DNA of 64,000 nt from Blasia pusilla (Eukaryota): positions 5,890,001 through 5,954,000 of the forward strand of contig CM114271.1 of the NCBI GenBank assembly GCA_050084515.1, read 5' to 3'. Positions 1-13,484 of the stretch are shown here, in pieces. Each line of letters begins with the position of its first letter. The stretch's first letter is position 1. A model generated the notes under the pieces. That model did not search any database and was not told the origin of the DNA. It was given only the letters and a program-made list of their open reading frames with translations. The translations under genes and the position numbers were made by a program.

Positions 1-1446
1 ATTATTACCGCACCCTTTTTCCATTTGATGAAAATAATGATACTTTTGCCCTTGCCTAAATCTATGGAGTAAAGAAAAAAAGAAAAATAAATTTAACCCT
101 TTGTGTATAGCAAGATAAAGCATCCTCAAATGACAACTTACTCTTCAAATTTCTTTTGGAGATAGGATTGCACTACTCCACCATGATTCAACCAATCAAG
201 CATAGAAGTTTATGAGACAAGATCGAAGCAATCAAGCATGCATATTTGTGAGGTGGGAAGCTCATTATGTAGTTACATACCTGGAGACCCCTATGGGGAG
301 ATAATAGAAGCCCCCCATCAATACTATTAATCGTGCAAGGATTTTGGTGGGGACTCCTAGATTCGCGTCACATCAATCTATCCCACACCCGTGATACTGA
401 AGTGGGGATAATGTTAGGGCCTTTATGTTATTTCTAATACTATCCAGCCATGAGACTTTTAAAGATGGTTTCAGGAGTTATTTTCCTTACATGTGCAAAA
501 GCACTTTAGCACTAGTGGTGATATATGGTAGAATGTTAAAAAAAAGGTGTGGCAACAGTGAGGATGTGTCACGAAATCTACAGTCAATGTAAAGTGATAT
601 ATGTGTGTTCTTCCAAAGTTAGAGTTGTATGGTAAGGTGAGTAAGAAATTAGACCCGTCTCTAGAATTTGCTAATTTTTTCTAAGGAGAACAGGTTGTCA
701 AATAAGAATGTTTTATTAGAGAAACATGACTGCATAGTTATCTATACTATCAGTAGCCTTATTAATTAAATTTTCAATGTGCTTTTTCCTACGTTTTAGT
801 TTCATGACATTTGGCAAATGAAAAGCAAAAGAGGTGCTATAATCTGAAAACGTACATTAATTTTAATTAATTTTATTGTGCATTAAAACGTTTAACTATT
901 GTAACGAATTAAAAAATCAGTTTTATTTGGAAGGAAACCTGCTGGAATCTTAAATTATTCAGTTGTCATGATCTTTCATGATTTTAATGTATTATACACT
1001 TTTCGCTGTATTCGTGGGAGATTCAATTGACTTCGAATTCATGGGCAATTCGAGGTCACTGGGAACTTAGTAAGGGCTAAAGTAGGTGCCCTACTCGATC
1101 CAATAGGCCCGAGGCCGTACTTAGTCGTAATTGTGGACGGATCGTGACAGCGCAGCATACTTCTGTTCGATTATCGGGAGGTCCGCTGGTAGTTTTGTGA
1201 TTAGTCTGTCCCTGTTTGTAGGAACTAACTAACACTAATAAAAAGAAAATTAATGAATTTCAATAAACACTACTAACCCTACCCTTAATAATAACTAACT
1301 CTACTAACCATACCCTTACTCTTAGGGCGTGACTATCTGACACCAGCGTACAGCACGACAACATAGTTAGCCGAGGATTCCACCGTCAGGCTGGGCGGAT
1401 AGGTCTAGTAGTACGGAACTCTCGTATGCGAAGTCCCCTCAGACGA

Positions 1447-1470
1447 CTACTACTACTACTACTACTACTA
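1447..1470. repeat. (CTA)8 microsatellite
   Basis: Read directly: ctactactactactactactacta. Confidence 0.9.
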
Positions 1471-4400
1471 GTATTAAAGGTCAGCTGTATTTGGAGGTGG
1501 TATACGGAGCTCCAAGATCGAGAGGACGGACGGAGGTGGAGAGCGGAGCTGGAAGACCTCCAAAGGTAGAGAGAGGACGGCGCGAGCGATTAGGGGAAGC
1601 CAAGACAGATAGAGAGCGAGAGAGAGAGAGGTTTCTGGGTCGAGTATACGAGAGCGGGGGATGCGTGATGAGCAGTGAGTGATTGTTGTGGACAGTAAAT
1701 GGTGGGCATGGAAATCGAGGAGCGCCGGCTCGAGGGCGATCCAGCCAAGAAAGGAAAGCGAGAGAGGAGTCGGACGATCAGGGGCTGCGGAAATATCTGT
1801 CAGGGGGAGGTTTGAGAAATGAGGATTCACCGATTCGGGATTTACTGGCACTGACGGATCTGCTGAAGCTGCGAAGTTCCGTTCCACAAATTGGGTCAAG
1901 CTTTGATGGCTTTTGAAATGCGGTAATGTCACGCTCGCCAGGAGAGTCAATGATAAGATGGCGGTGTGGGAGCCGAGACTGTCCGTGAATCGGAAGCGAG
2001 AGAGTGATGAGAGAGAGAGAGAGACGAAAGAAAGCAGAAGTACCTGTCAGGAAGATTTCCCCTTCTCCTCCGCCGAGTTCCCAACCTTCAGAGAACAAAC
2101 AGGAGGCAGAGAAGCTGTGGTAGGAAAGACAAGACAGAAGTTGATGAGAGGCGAAGCAAAGCAGGAAAGGAGTCGGAGCGGAGTCGGAAAGAAGAGATGG
2201 CGGAGGGGTGAGTCAGAACGAGGTTACCGTGGGCGCCGAGAGACCGATAATCGGATCGCTACACGGCAGCACAGAGGTAAAAGCGAGGCTACTGTAGGCG
2301 CGGGAGCTTGCGGAAAGGGCGATCGATCTAAGGAGAGAATATAGAGAGGCGCGAAGGGACAATGCGGACATGGATGGGTGATCCTGCAGACGGCGAAGAT
2401 CGACAACAAGAGCGAGAGTGACAGTGAAACAGATGAGAAAGATCACGGCATCGCTGTGGAATCGCACGACTGTACGAGGAGAGATAAAAGCAAAACAGAA
2501 AATCAGAAAGTGCTCACAGCTGGAGATTCTCCTCCCGGAGCACGCACAGGCGAATTCGCGCACAGGCCACGGAGGGAGGGCGTGGCTGATGAGACACACT
2601 CCACTCTCTGCCCTGAGAGAGCCATCCCATCCACAGCGCCACTGTCAGCGCTTTGCTTTGCTTGCATTGTGGCCTTTTCCCGGCACTGGACCGTGGCGGG
2701 ACCCGCGGAAGCGCTGCCATGAATGCATCTGACAAGCGAGCTCGGGTCCGATTCTACCCTATCGCCGCCCGCCCGCCCGCGCCTGGCAAGCGAGCGAACT
2801 CCGGTCGTCTGAACTGCGTCCGGATTGGGACGACCTGCGCTGCTGCAGCATCTGGAGGGTCAAAAGTGGTTCAACGCCGCACCACTGGTTAGTCTAATAT
2901 TTTCGCGCTGTGTGTCTCTAAACCTCGACCGAAGCGAGCGGAGGGCAGAATTCGAGTAACCGGGATTCCAGCAAGACAACAAACACGCGGGGGCCTTTTA
3001 CCTTCATCCGGCAGAGCCCTTCTGTCGTCGCGAATCGTTTGTCTGATTTGGAGGGGCGTTTGCTCTGTGAAGTGCGAATTCGGTAGGAAGTAGGAACGGC
3101 CTGGACTTTCGTACATTTAACATTTGTCACTGGGAGGACGAGCTTAAATCCGGAATATTCTCCCGGGTTTCGATTAGCGAGTGAGTGACCTCGTGTATCG
3201 GATCCAATGCGCCTCTTCAGGTTCCAAACTCTTGACTGGAGGGTCGGCTTAGTGTAGCATTTCTCGTCGTTGAGCGGCTTTCTTTGATCCTTCCCTCTTG
3301 CTCTGGTTTTCTGCGGAATTTTTCGCGGTCTTCGTCCCGTGGATGAAAAGTTGGAACAGATCCTCAAGAAAGGACGTCTCTGCCGTGGTCTCGGAATCTA
3401 TGGGATCTCCTTGCAACAACTGTGTTGAGCTTCTTGTAAGTCAGCAATAGGCAGCTCTGAGAGGCGCTCCAGAAGAATTTCCAAGTGGTCAGAATCTTTC
3501 GTACGAACACCTTCGGCCTCTTCACATGTCCAATCTAGTGTTTTTCTGTCTGCACTCAAACCCGCATGTTTGAAAGATTCTTTGCTTACGGTTAGCCGAT
3601 AGCTCATGACGAATGTCTTAAGTTATGCAACTGGATCCATGTGGCGGCAGATCCACACATGGCGGGCTCTACCACGCTATGGCGTAGCCACTTCCTGCGT
3701 TTTCTAGTGTCCAAAATTCAGATTCAGTGTTCTTCGCCCATGCCAGGTTCCGCCAAGATGTCCCACTTAAGCCACACTTGCGCTGGATCTCTTGAGATGA
3801 CAGAGTTTCTCACCTCTGGTTGCACAGGCCTGGTGGCCCCTGCTGACTCCCTCAGCACTGTCCAGGTCCTGCACGAGACATCATATGCTTCGCAAAATTG
3901 CATCTTCTATCCGGAAATATTCTTTGAACTTGGGCGGTGGTACCTAGTTGCTGCACCTGTGACCTACTTCGAGTATTCACGTACCATCTATGGGAGCTCA
4001 CTGAGCGGATTACTGCTGGACGTAACTTGGTCCATGCCTCAATTCCTTTAATCAGTTTTTCCACCCCGAAACTTATCTTTCGGTATGAAACAATAGTAGC
4101 CGTCAGGACAGGATATGTAGGGGTGGCGCAGGGACATTAGAACCACTGGGGAACTAACTACCGGTCAAGACTTCACACCTAACATCTATTCAGACAGTTC
4201 ATTTCTACATGCATCTTTCAAACTCGAGTTGTCTTTCGACTTAGAATGGGCTTCCCAGAAGAATCTTTGGAATGGATAGGCGGACGTGTCCCCAACTCTT
4301 CTTGCTATCGAAATAACTGGAACGTCCTTGTTGCGAAGAGTAAGAAATCATGGTAACTAGACGTCTACTTGACAAACTATAGACTCGTGGCAGAAGTTTA

Positions 4401-5023
4401 GGATCTCCCCATTGGACTTACTAGAAACAGTTGTGACCCTCTACTACCACACACCCACTCTTAGAGTATATACGAAGTGGTAACAGATCGCTCCTTCCCC
4501 AGCAGGAGTGGCACCGCTGACCATCGCCATTTTGGCGGAAAAGTCACGTGATTTCTCATATTCTGCACGGCACATTTTCGACTCATCTGCCCGCAACTTA
4601 TAAACTACAAAAAGTGGAAGTTCTAAATACATCCACTGGGGACATATCTTCCAATCATCCCTCAAACCTCTCGACTCGATGTACACGAGTTGACAAGACC
4701 GCCTACAGCCAAAGAGGTCCTGATTTACCTGCCCAGCTTAGTAGGTACTGCACCTGAAAAATGTTACGTCTATTTTCTCTCTTCAGACATCACTCGAACA
4801 AGCTTGAAAAAGAGCGCTCGGGCTCTCCTTGCGCAACAAAATCCAGGGCTAGACTACCGGAAATAACCCTGGCACTGATACAACTTCCACGCATCTCATT
4901 TTCTCATGCATGGGAGGAGAGTTACCAGAAGTAGGAAACAGTGCCACAAACACTATGACTTCAGTTGTGCAGGGGTGAATCAACTCATCTTTCTCAATAT
5001 TTATTGTACTTCTAGATCAATCA

Positions 5024-8000
5024 TCACGCGATTGCTTGGGGAGGATCTAGTAGAGGACATGGTTTTGTAGAATCCAAAACTGGTGTCTCTTCTTTCTTCT
5101 TAAAGACTTTTATTTCATTTGTCACATCAGTAACTCTGCTTTCACCTCCGTGCGATGACTCCGTTTGGGAAGTCTGTATGATTCCATTCTCCCTTGCTTC
5201 TGCTCTACTTTCCTCTACTATATCAACAGTTTCTGTGAATGATACTCTTGGAGGGTCAGAAAAGCTTTCACCGACTGGAAAGTCTGCTTCCCTTGGCCGG
5301 AGCCATAAGTACTGGGCAGCCTCTACCCAACTCGGGTGAACCACAAACTTCCCATGTTGTTTGGCCCACCGTGCCTTATCTGTTCCGAGATCTAAACCCA
5401 CAATATGTGTGGCTGTTTGATGCAATGTATTCGAGCAATGAGCCCCAAGCTCCTCTGTGAGCCGCCAAAAGGGATGGGTTTCAGGATAGGGCATGCCTGT
5501 GGGAAAAATGCGGCTGAACACCACCCGACATCCCTGAAGAGTTCTCCTTCTCATTGTTTGTAGGACCTGCACCACCCAAAAGTTTGATAACCCCTCATAT
5601 TGTTAAACTCTGGAACCAATAAGAGAGGATAAAAATCTTTCATCACCCACAACATGAGAGTGTTCACAGTGTTCCACTTCTCTAATGGTGTAGCAACCGG
5701 ACCAAGATTTTCGGAGATAAACCCCCTGTAAGCTCAGATTAGAGGGTTTGTCTTAAAAAATCTTCACTATTGAAATAGTTTGAAGCCCACCATAGTTTGA
5801 CAGCATCTTCCACAATTTTCGCGGCTTTTTGAGTCTGTTCTCTACCCTAAGTCACTTGCATACAGCATTCAATACCTTTTACTGCTAAGATTCTTAACTT
5901 AAATCCCAACAATTGAAAACTTAACTCTAGACCTCATAAGACCAGCTGCTTTCTAATGTTGCAGACTTTTCTTCTCAGATCTCTCCAGATGATGTTTAGT
6001 CCAACCCCAACTTCAATTTCTTTCAAGTCAACCACGTTTTGGGTGCAGAAGACACCATGGGCTAGTTCACTCAAAAGGGGCAAAGGTGTAGATGAGTGAG
6101 CCGAGTATGAGTATTGGCACATAACCCAGACAAAAAGAGTCGTCTTGCCAGGAAAGAATAGAGGAATAACATCCTACCTTCCTGACATCCTGTACATCTG
6201 TGCAATCCCCTCGAGAGCTCACTTGTTCTACCTGCTGCACAGAAAATCTCATAAGTTCCTTCTCAAAAATAGTGTAGCTGTCTGTAAATGAGAATAGGGG
6301 CTCAAGAGTTGGTCAACACAGGACAGGAGAAACGCCCATAAATTCCAGCTCCAAACATACCCCAACAACAAAGTCCACACAAACACTCAGCCATCTAATC
6401 TTCAGCTATTGCTAAGTCCTCTCTGAACCCAGGAACCTTTCTAGCATGGCCAAGGATTCATGAGCAGAAGAACCCATTCCTAGTACAGTGGGCAGAGAAA
6501 GAACACTACCACGTTCTTTTCTGCCATTTTCACTCTACATTTCTCCTCTTTAATCATGGATCGATTGAAGGTCTAATTCCTTCAAGCCCTGTAACACCAT
6601 CTGAGAAGGTAGAGAATCTGAAAAATTATGTTGACGATATGATGAGGAGCGGCCACTTCTTGACACTGAGAGGACAGCTCCTTCTTTCTACTGCTATATG
6701 AACTTTCGCTTTTGGAAGTGCAAGAAAAAAGACATGGACATGACATCTACATCCCACTCCCCAGCCAAAACCAGGAGAAGAATTATTCTACCTTCACAGG
6801 AGTCACAAAGAATGACTCTTTTGCTCCTGGTAATTTACACCAGGATGTGCGAGGGCCGCGAAACTTTAGTTGTATGCCATATGCTAAATGTATTAAAAAA
6901 AACTATATTACAATGGGAAAGTGCATATATAACTGAAAGACTTTACTGTGACGTAACACATTTGTGGTTAGAGGGGGGATATGGGAGGGAGAATTATTTA
7001 TTTCCTTACTTTTTTTTTCTCAAAAAGAGGAAGTTGGGGCTGTGGGGATTTTTTCCCAAATTAAGGAGAGTAAATGAATGAATGAATGAATACATTTATT
7101 GTCCACGGAGACCCCACAGGGCCATGGGATTTAGCTTTGCAAAAAATCACAGCAGTTTGGACAGAAAGTACCAGCAACAGCGAGACCCTAAGAGGTACTT
7201 TTTGTGCCAGGTGATTTTTCCCAGTCTTCACTCACAAATGTAGGAACTTAACAATCCAAGCCTGATTCTTCCTGTCCGTGAATTCAGAGACCTTGAGGGC
7301 CAGTTGAGCAAAGAGATCCAGAAAGTCAAGTCTCATGTGATTGTGAAAGGGGCAGTGGAAAAGGTAATGATGTTCATCATCAAGGAGCCCCAAGTTGCAA
7401 ATTCGACATAATCTCTTCTCTCTTCTTCAGCGAGAATTTTCCTTTGTCAATCCCAAGGTCAGTTAAACCGTGTCTGAATCTCACCAATGCTGTACTCGTT
7501 AAGTAGTGCTTTTTGTAGCCTTACGACCAGACCCTGTGTGCCCTGGTTGGACACTGCTAGAGACTGGGACGGGTGTAGAGAGAGGAAGAAGTGAAGAAGG
7601 TATTGGAGGAGGGAGGATATCGGAGGAGGGAGACACTCTCAAACTATGTGAGAGCTGACCATACAAAGTGTTGGTGTGGAGCTTCCAAGTGTCCAGTGTC
7701 GTAAAGATCTTTTCAACACGACTTACTTTACCTGATTGGGATCCCCAATACATGTTACCTACCAGTGCTGCAGCGTTGAGCAGTGAATCTAGGCTGCTAA
7801 ATGTGTTGAACAGTTCTGGAATCACCAACTTTGCAAAATTTTACGAATTTTGTGGAGGAGACCAAGTAGTGATTTGAGGTTTCATCCCCCATCAGCACAC
7901 AAGGTGCAGGGATTTAGTTGAGTTCCAATCCTGCTTTTCTTGTGGTTCAAGGGAGTTAAGTTGCCCCCATCCTAAACTTGAACTTTCCTTGGGTTCCCAA

Positions 8001-11000
8001 GCGAGGGGTACCTGCAAGTAGTTCTTCATATTTGCTTGTTCAGGATATCGAGTCGAGAGAGAGGTCAGACATTTTGTGAGGGGGAGAGACTGTACTCATT
8101 AAGTAGTGCCTGTCGTAGACTTGCGACCATAGACCCCGCGCCCTGGTTGGACGGTGCTTGAGACTGGGATGGGTGTAGAGAGAGAAGCAAGTGAAGAAGG
8201 TAGCATATGAGAGGAGGGAGACACTCTCATAAAGTGTGAGTGCTGACCAAACAACGTGTTTGTGCAGAGCTTCCAAGTGTCAAGAAGAGAGAGGGGGAGA
8301 GACGGGTGGACTCAGGATTCTTTCATTTATTTTTTTAAATGGGAAGGTAGGGGTGGTGTTGGGGATTCCAAAGGAGGAAGGAGAAGGTTTTAAAATGAGA
8401 ATGGGGTTTAGTTAAGTCAACAATGTTGTCATTATGTACATTTAAAAATACCCTTCCCTTCATTTTTTAAAAACCCCTTCCCCTCATTGTCATATAACCC
8501 CTTCCTATTTTCCCTCTTTTTTTACTGAGTCTATTCTATATTGGGAACTCTGATGAGCAAGTCAGTCTTAGACTGGGCATAGATCTATCTCCCTTCAAAT
8601 TTATCCAGGGCTCGTGGCAGATAGCTTGGTGAGCCAATGGTTTAAGACAAGTCGTGCAAAGGTATGGCTTGTTTGCTTCAGTGGAATCTTGTGGGCGCAA
8701 ACCTATACCAAATCACAGTCAAACTACCTGAGTGGTGGATGAGTACATGTTCTGGTTATGTACATTACTGCAAGAAGGTGTGCTTTGAGCTGAATGAAAT
8801 GTAGGCCTATTTCCTTCAGTAACTAACCACTTTGTTCAAAGTTTGAGTTGTGGTGGAATTCAAAGCAATGGAGTTCTGAATACGGAAAGGTAAGTTCCCA
8901 ATATAGAATAGACTCAGTTCGATGGACACTCAAATGAGAATCATGCATGTAGATCATCCCAGAAAACCACAGCAGATGCTCAAACCAGTGAGAAAGAGGT
9001 GAGACTTGAAGAGAAATCCCTCCCTTGCTTTGCTTTGAGGAACCCATGCAGTAAGGAGGAAGAAACCAACCAACGATTCGGTACTGAAGACAGCATGGTG
9101 CAGACCCCGGAGCGTACTGAGTGCAGTAGCTAAAGTTCCTCGCTCATCACTTTCATCCTTCTTTTTCTCTGACAATGATAAGCTCTTAAGTCCAAACTGT
9201 CTGCAGCTTGATCGGAAAAAATGATATCTTTCCATCAGAATGAGATTTGCCCTGTGCTTGGGCCAGACCTGCACAAGTCAAAAAGTTGAAATGATTAGAC
9301 TTCAGTAGGAATTTCCTATGACCTAAATTTAGAAACTTTTCAATTGTTTAAAATCAACTTCAAAGGTAGTGCTACCGACCCCCTCAGTATCATCCAGAAT
9401 AACCACTGCAGATTCTGCCCCCAGTACTACATCAAGGTCCTTTGTGGTGCGTCGTGTGCTGTCTCCTTGTGAAATGACGCGATCTCCAAAAAAACGTCCT
9501 GTGGGATCCAGCAGACGAGCCATGGCAAGAGCATATGTGCGTTCCCCCATTGTATACACGTACATCTCAAACATCTTACTGGCTGCCTCTAAAAATTCGT
9601 GAGCAAATGGCCGTATTTTTGTCCACATCTGCAAATGAGTTAACCTATTTAAGCCATTCTTGTACCCTGAGTTTCCTTCTCTTGGTTGAGATCCTGTAAA
9701 CAAAAAACGTTTGATGAATTCAATACCTTTCAGTTCAACAACACACAAGTAGAGAGCTTCTGACCTATACAAATCTTGAAGTACAGTTGAATATACTTTA
9801 TTGACAGCTTTGGGTGTCCCTCAGTTGCATTGAAAGGATACTATGTGTGATCACTCTTCAGGTCTTCAATCACTCAGCCAAAATGCAATCCTCGTCCATT
9901 TCTTCTACCTAATCAGGTAAAGTCATTTGGGAGACAACTTTGCTGTGACCATATTTAGGTGGCCTTATGATTGATCCATAATGGTGAAGATGAAGTAACA
10001 CACCATGTGACAGGAATCAACAGACGCACAAGTTGGATGAGCAATCACTTGTACCTTCTAAGGTTTGGAATTTTAGAGTGAAGCTGGGGAGAAAGAGTAA
10101 GCATTGCCTGACAGATCTGACTCATATATTCTGATCCCCCCCCTGCCGTAAAGCAATTTTCCAGTCTCAAATAATGCCTCTAAGCATCACCACAATCCAC
10201 AGTGGAACCCCTCTTGAAACACTTTATATTCACATGGGCATTATTACAGGGAGGCCCTTGAAGTTAATTTGACTTGGTTAGTCTAGAAATGATTATGTAG
10301 AAGACACAAAAGATCATTTATAAGGCTAGGGGGTAGATGAGTATAGATGTCATGCACAAATGAGACCGCTTGCCGTAGCAGTGCAACACAAGCCCGGGAA
10401 ATCAGCTGCAAAGGTAGGGGAAGCAGCTTCAAGGATGGTTGAGCGTAGAGAGGAGCAGGCAGATTTGACCAGAAAATCTATGCATGTGAGCACTGATGAA
10501 TGGAACTGAAGAGTTGATGTTACATTAAAGATAGGTGAGCTATAATATGGTGGGGCTTGGAAGCAACCCCATCATTTGGATAAAATATCCACCTCATTTA
10601 CCACACATCTTCTTGCAAATTTAAGAAATGTATGTGCCACAGCCATTTTACTTGCACATGTTCTCTCCATTGAACCTGTAGCACCAAGGTAGAAAACTAG
10701 AGCCCTGAAATTCTACCTTCACTTACCTTCCCAGAATGTCATATCTGCACAAGTACCACTTAGTATGAAATTGCAGAATTGCGAACACAACATCCATCTA
10801 ACCACCTTATTATTCACCCTTCCCTTGCCAGGATGGTGCATTTGCAAAAGAATCTTCCTTATTGCCACACAATACTTTCATCACAGTAAAACAACCACAG
10901 ATTACTTCTAAAAGGTACCTTTAGTTTCATGGTTGGATCCACTTGGCATGTCCACAGGTCTATCCTTCGAGTAGCAAGATGTAAGATATGCTTCCTCTTC

Positions 11001-13484
11001 AGGGGGGACCTCAATGAACCGAGCAGAATTGAGAAGAGTGTGGTCCAGATCTAGAACTAAGTACAGCTTTTTCCTGGCAATAACATGCTTCAGTTCATCT
11101 CGCCGCATTCTTGCTGCCTCTCTCTCAGTGACCTCCAGGCCCTGCCAAAAGAATCTAGGAATCAGGAAAAAGTGGAGCCAGAATTCACCATTGGGGGCAT
11201 CTCCCTTCAGTACATTGGAAGCAAGACCAACTATCTGGAACGGTGAAATTTTTCATACACAACTTACACCCACATGCACCACATTACTTGATTAAAAACT
11301 TAACATGAAAACACTGAGAGTGTCTGGTACTACAGTGCTTTTCTCTTGCTTTTGGGAAGATCACCTACAATAAAAAGCTTTCAAGAGTGAAGCACTGATA
11401 TCACCTGAAATTAAAAGGCATAATCAATTCCAATTTCTGCAAATATTGTGACAGTAGTCCATCACCAAAGTTCCTTTGATTCTTTGATGTCTTAAAAGAC
11501 CATATAGAAGAATATGACAGAAGCTCCAAAATCCAGCAACAAAGTACCAAAGTAGTAGTCATCCAGGTCAGAACTCCTGCCTTGTAACAATCAGAATATG
11601 TTTCCGATTATGGGCTACAGATTTTTATTTTAGGCGATCCACACTGTAAAGATCTCTGAGTGGTGACAAATCCACAGCTCCTGGAACAAAAGCAAGTACC
11701 TCATGGATGTAGCGCAGCGCAACCCCCACCTTGGCTGGTTCACTATTGCTGGTTTGTCTGTTCTCCCCACACCGAATGCACACTCCCCACATGAAGCCTG
11801 GATGAGGTGGGCACTCTCCTGGAGAATGAAAATTTATCAGGGATCACAAGTTTCTTGTCAGATACAGTACTAGGTCATCAGATGGCTCACGAAAGGCAAG
11901 AGTCCAAACTTGTGGTACATGTTACTCTAGGTGCAGACATTGATTCACCAAGTCAACTTCTTGGTAGGATGATCAGATCATCATCCTGACGTACAATTGA
12001 GAGTGTTTTCTTCTAGACAACATTTGCCATCAAGAGTTCTTTTTCTGAATGATGGCTTTAAACATAGAAAATTCACCTTTAACACTTTTAAGGTCTCGCT
12101 TATCATCTTCCTCTTCCTCTCGCTTTCGCTTACGCCCTTCTAATTCCTCATTTACTTTGTATTCCTCAGTCACAAGAGTGGTATCCCTGTCAGGAGAAAG
12201 CAGTAGGCAATCATTACTAGCAAAGAACTCAATACCCTTCCTTTCCACTTGGATCTCACCTAATTGCCACTACCTGCAGCAAAGCCTGGAAGTCAGTGAA
12301 CTGTGGGAGATGTTTGTCTGTATGACTACAAATATGATGAGGTACACATGGAAGAGGATGTGGCGCTAGCTAAATCCCTATGCCTCATATCTCTAGGTGG
12401 ATGAACTTGAGACAAACGAATCTGAAATGTGATCTTCTAAATTGTCTGTTGTTCTTCACATTCCTTAGCATTCAACAGGGCCTAGGGCTCTGCCGGGAAA
12501 CGCATGTACAAAACTTGCGTTATGACTGATTCAAAGCATCATCAGCCAGTTCCGGCTCAGTTATTACACTAATTCGCATGTCGGGAACGTATATTCTGCA
12601 AGAACTCTTCGACAGACACCAGGACAATGCAATCTCTTTATGGCAAATGATGTTATGAATAGAGGCCACTCCGGGAAAAACATGTTCTTGCTTCCTAAAC
12701 TTTCATCGGGAAATCCAGATGGACAGTGCAAGGATGAAAGGAGATTACGAAGGAGGTGTCTGGACGGCACTCATTCCAGATAGGCAGTTCTCGAGAGTAC
12801 ACTGACTAAAGGCGTCCATCTGTCGATTAAGATGATCTCGAACAAATGAGTGACAATGTGTTGTGCGTTCCAGGATCCTTGGAGTCCTCATCTATCTTAG
12901 TGAATAAAAGAAGCTAGAAATAGCAATTCGTTCGTCAAATGTGTGTCTCGCGTCCAATAGCTTCGTGAAAAGAGAGCAAATGTCGAGAAACAAAATTTGA
13001 ACCCGTAACACGCGACAAACAGGTACGAAATTTCTAAATAGATCCCGAAAAGTGTAATGGGAAGTAAAGCCAAAAGCGTGTGGCAATAACGACTGACTGG
13101 AAAAATAGGACACATGATCGGACCCAAAACTTGTCCTAGGGCGTCATACCTTGAATACTCGGCATTTCTAGTGACTGGACTATTCAACTCTTCTCCTTCC
13201 CCATCTCCCTCTTCTACATCGACCTCTTCGTCTTCCCCTTCCCCTTCCCCTTCTCCGTCCTCTTCTCCCGCCCCCTCAGGAGAAGCTTCTTCAAGATTCA
13301 CACCTAATTCTCCAGCTCCATCTCCACGAATTTCCTCAACTTCATTCTCCCCATCATCGTCCTCTGCCTCGTCATCCTTCACCGCATCTTCGATCTCCTC
13401 CAAAGAGAATTGTAGCTCCTCGTCCAGCATCGCAGCAAAATCATCGCTTCCAGATGACGCCGTAGGCGACGAAGGGGCGCTCAT
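5024..13484 (-). CDS. CPL4: RNA polymerase II CTD phosphatase, FCP1/CPL4-like (acidic N-terminus, Cys/His motif, FCPH domain, BRCT domain); 8 exons, about 632 aa
   Basis: Frame-consistent exons: 13484-13150, 12186-12077, 11818-11700, 11141-10919, 9693-9380, 9268-9071, 6234-6178, 5566-5024, all with GT-AG introns. Motifs: CPPHPGFMWGVCIRCG; catalytic DxDxT in KKLYLVLDLDHTLLNS; MWTKIRPF..YTMGERTYA..LDPTGRFF; ILDDTEGVW; BRCT region LQGCRVVFSRIFP..ATHIV..VVHPSWVEA. The exon 6 donor and the exon 7 NAGNAG acceptor are slightly uncertain. Confidence 0.93.
7073..7489 (-). mobile_element. 3' fragment of a non-LTR retrotransposon (family A) with a C-terminal CCHC finger and (CATT)n tail, in CPL4 intron 6
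   Basis: The minus strand reads LVRFRHGLTDLGIDKG (frameshift) EKRLCRICNLGLLDDEHHYLFHCPFHNHMR, a typical LINE ORF2 C-terminal zinc knuckle. It is followed by AATAAA (7100-7095) and a (CATT)n tail (7091-7073). Confidence 0.8.
7490..8048 (-). mobile_element. 5'-truncated non-LTR retrotransposon (family B)
   Basis: Homologous to 35290-35853 (PELFNTFSSLD..YWGSQSGKV..DTWKLHTNTL). Ends in the family terminus ACTTAAyGAGTACAG. Confidence 0.85.
8091..8284 (-). mobile_element. Short 3' fragment of LINE family B with a probable 13-bp TSD
   Basis: Near-identical to 35660-35853. Flanked by GAGGGGGAGAGAC at 8078-8090 and 8291-8303. Confidence 0.85.
8524..8918. repeat. Perfect 26-bp inverted repeat pair (8524-8549 and 8893-8918)
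   Basis: ACTGAGTCTATTCTATATTGGGAACT and its exact reverse complement AGTTCCCAATATAGAATAGACTCAGT. Confidence 0.9.

Noticed and set aside
1268..1330. Telomere-like CTAACCCTACCCTT as a telomerase RNA template or interstitial telomere
   Set aside because: Degenerate low-complexity sequence with no tandem TTTAGGG array and no USE/TATA upstream.
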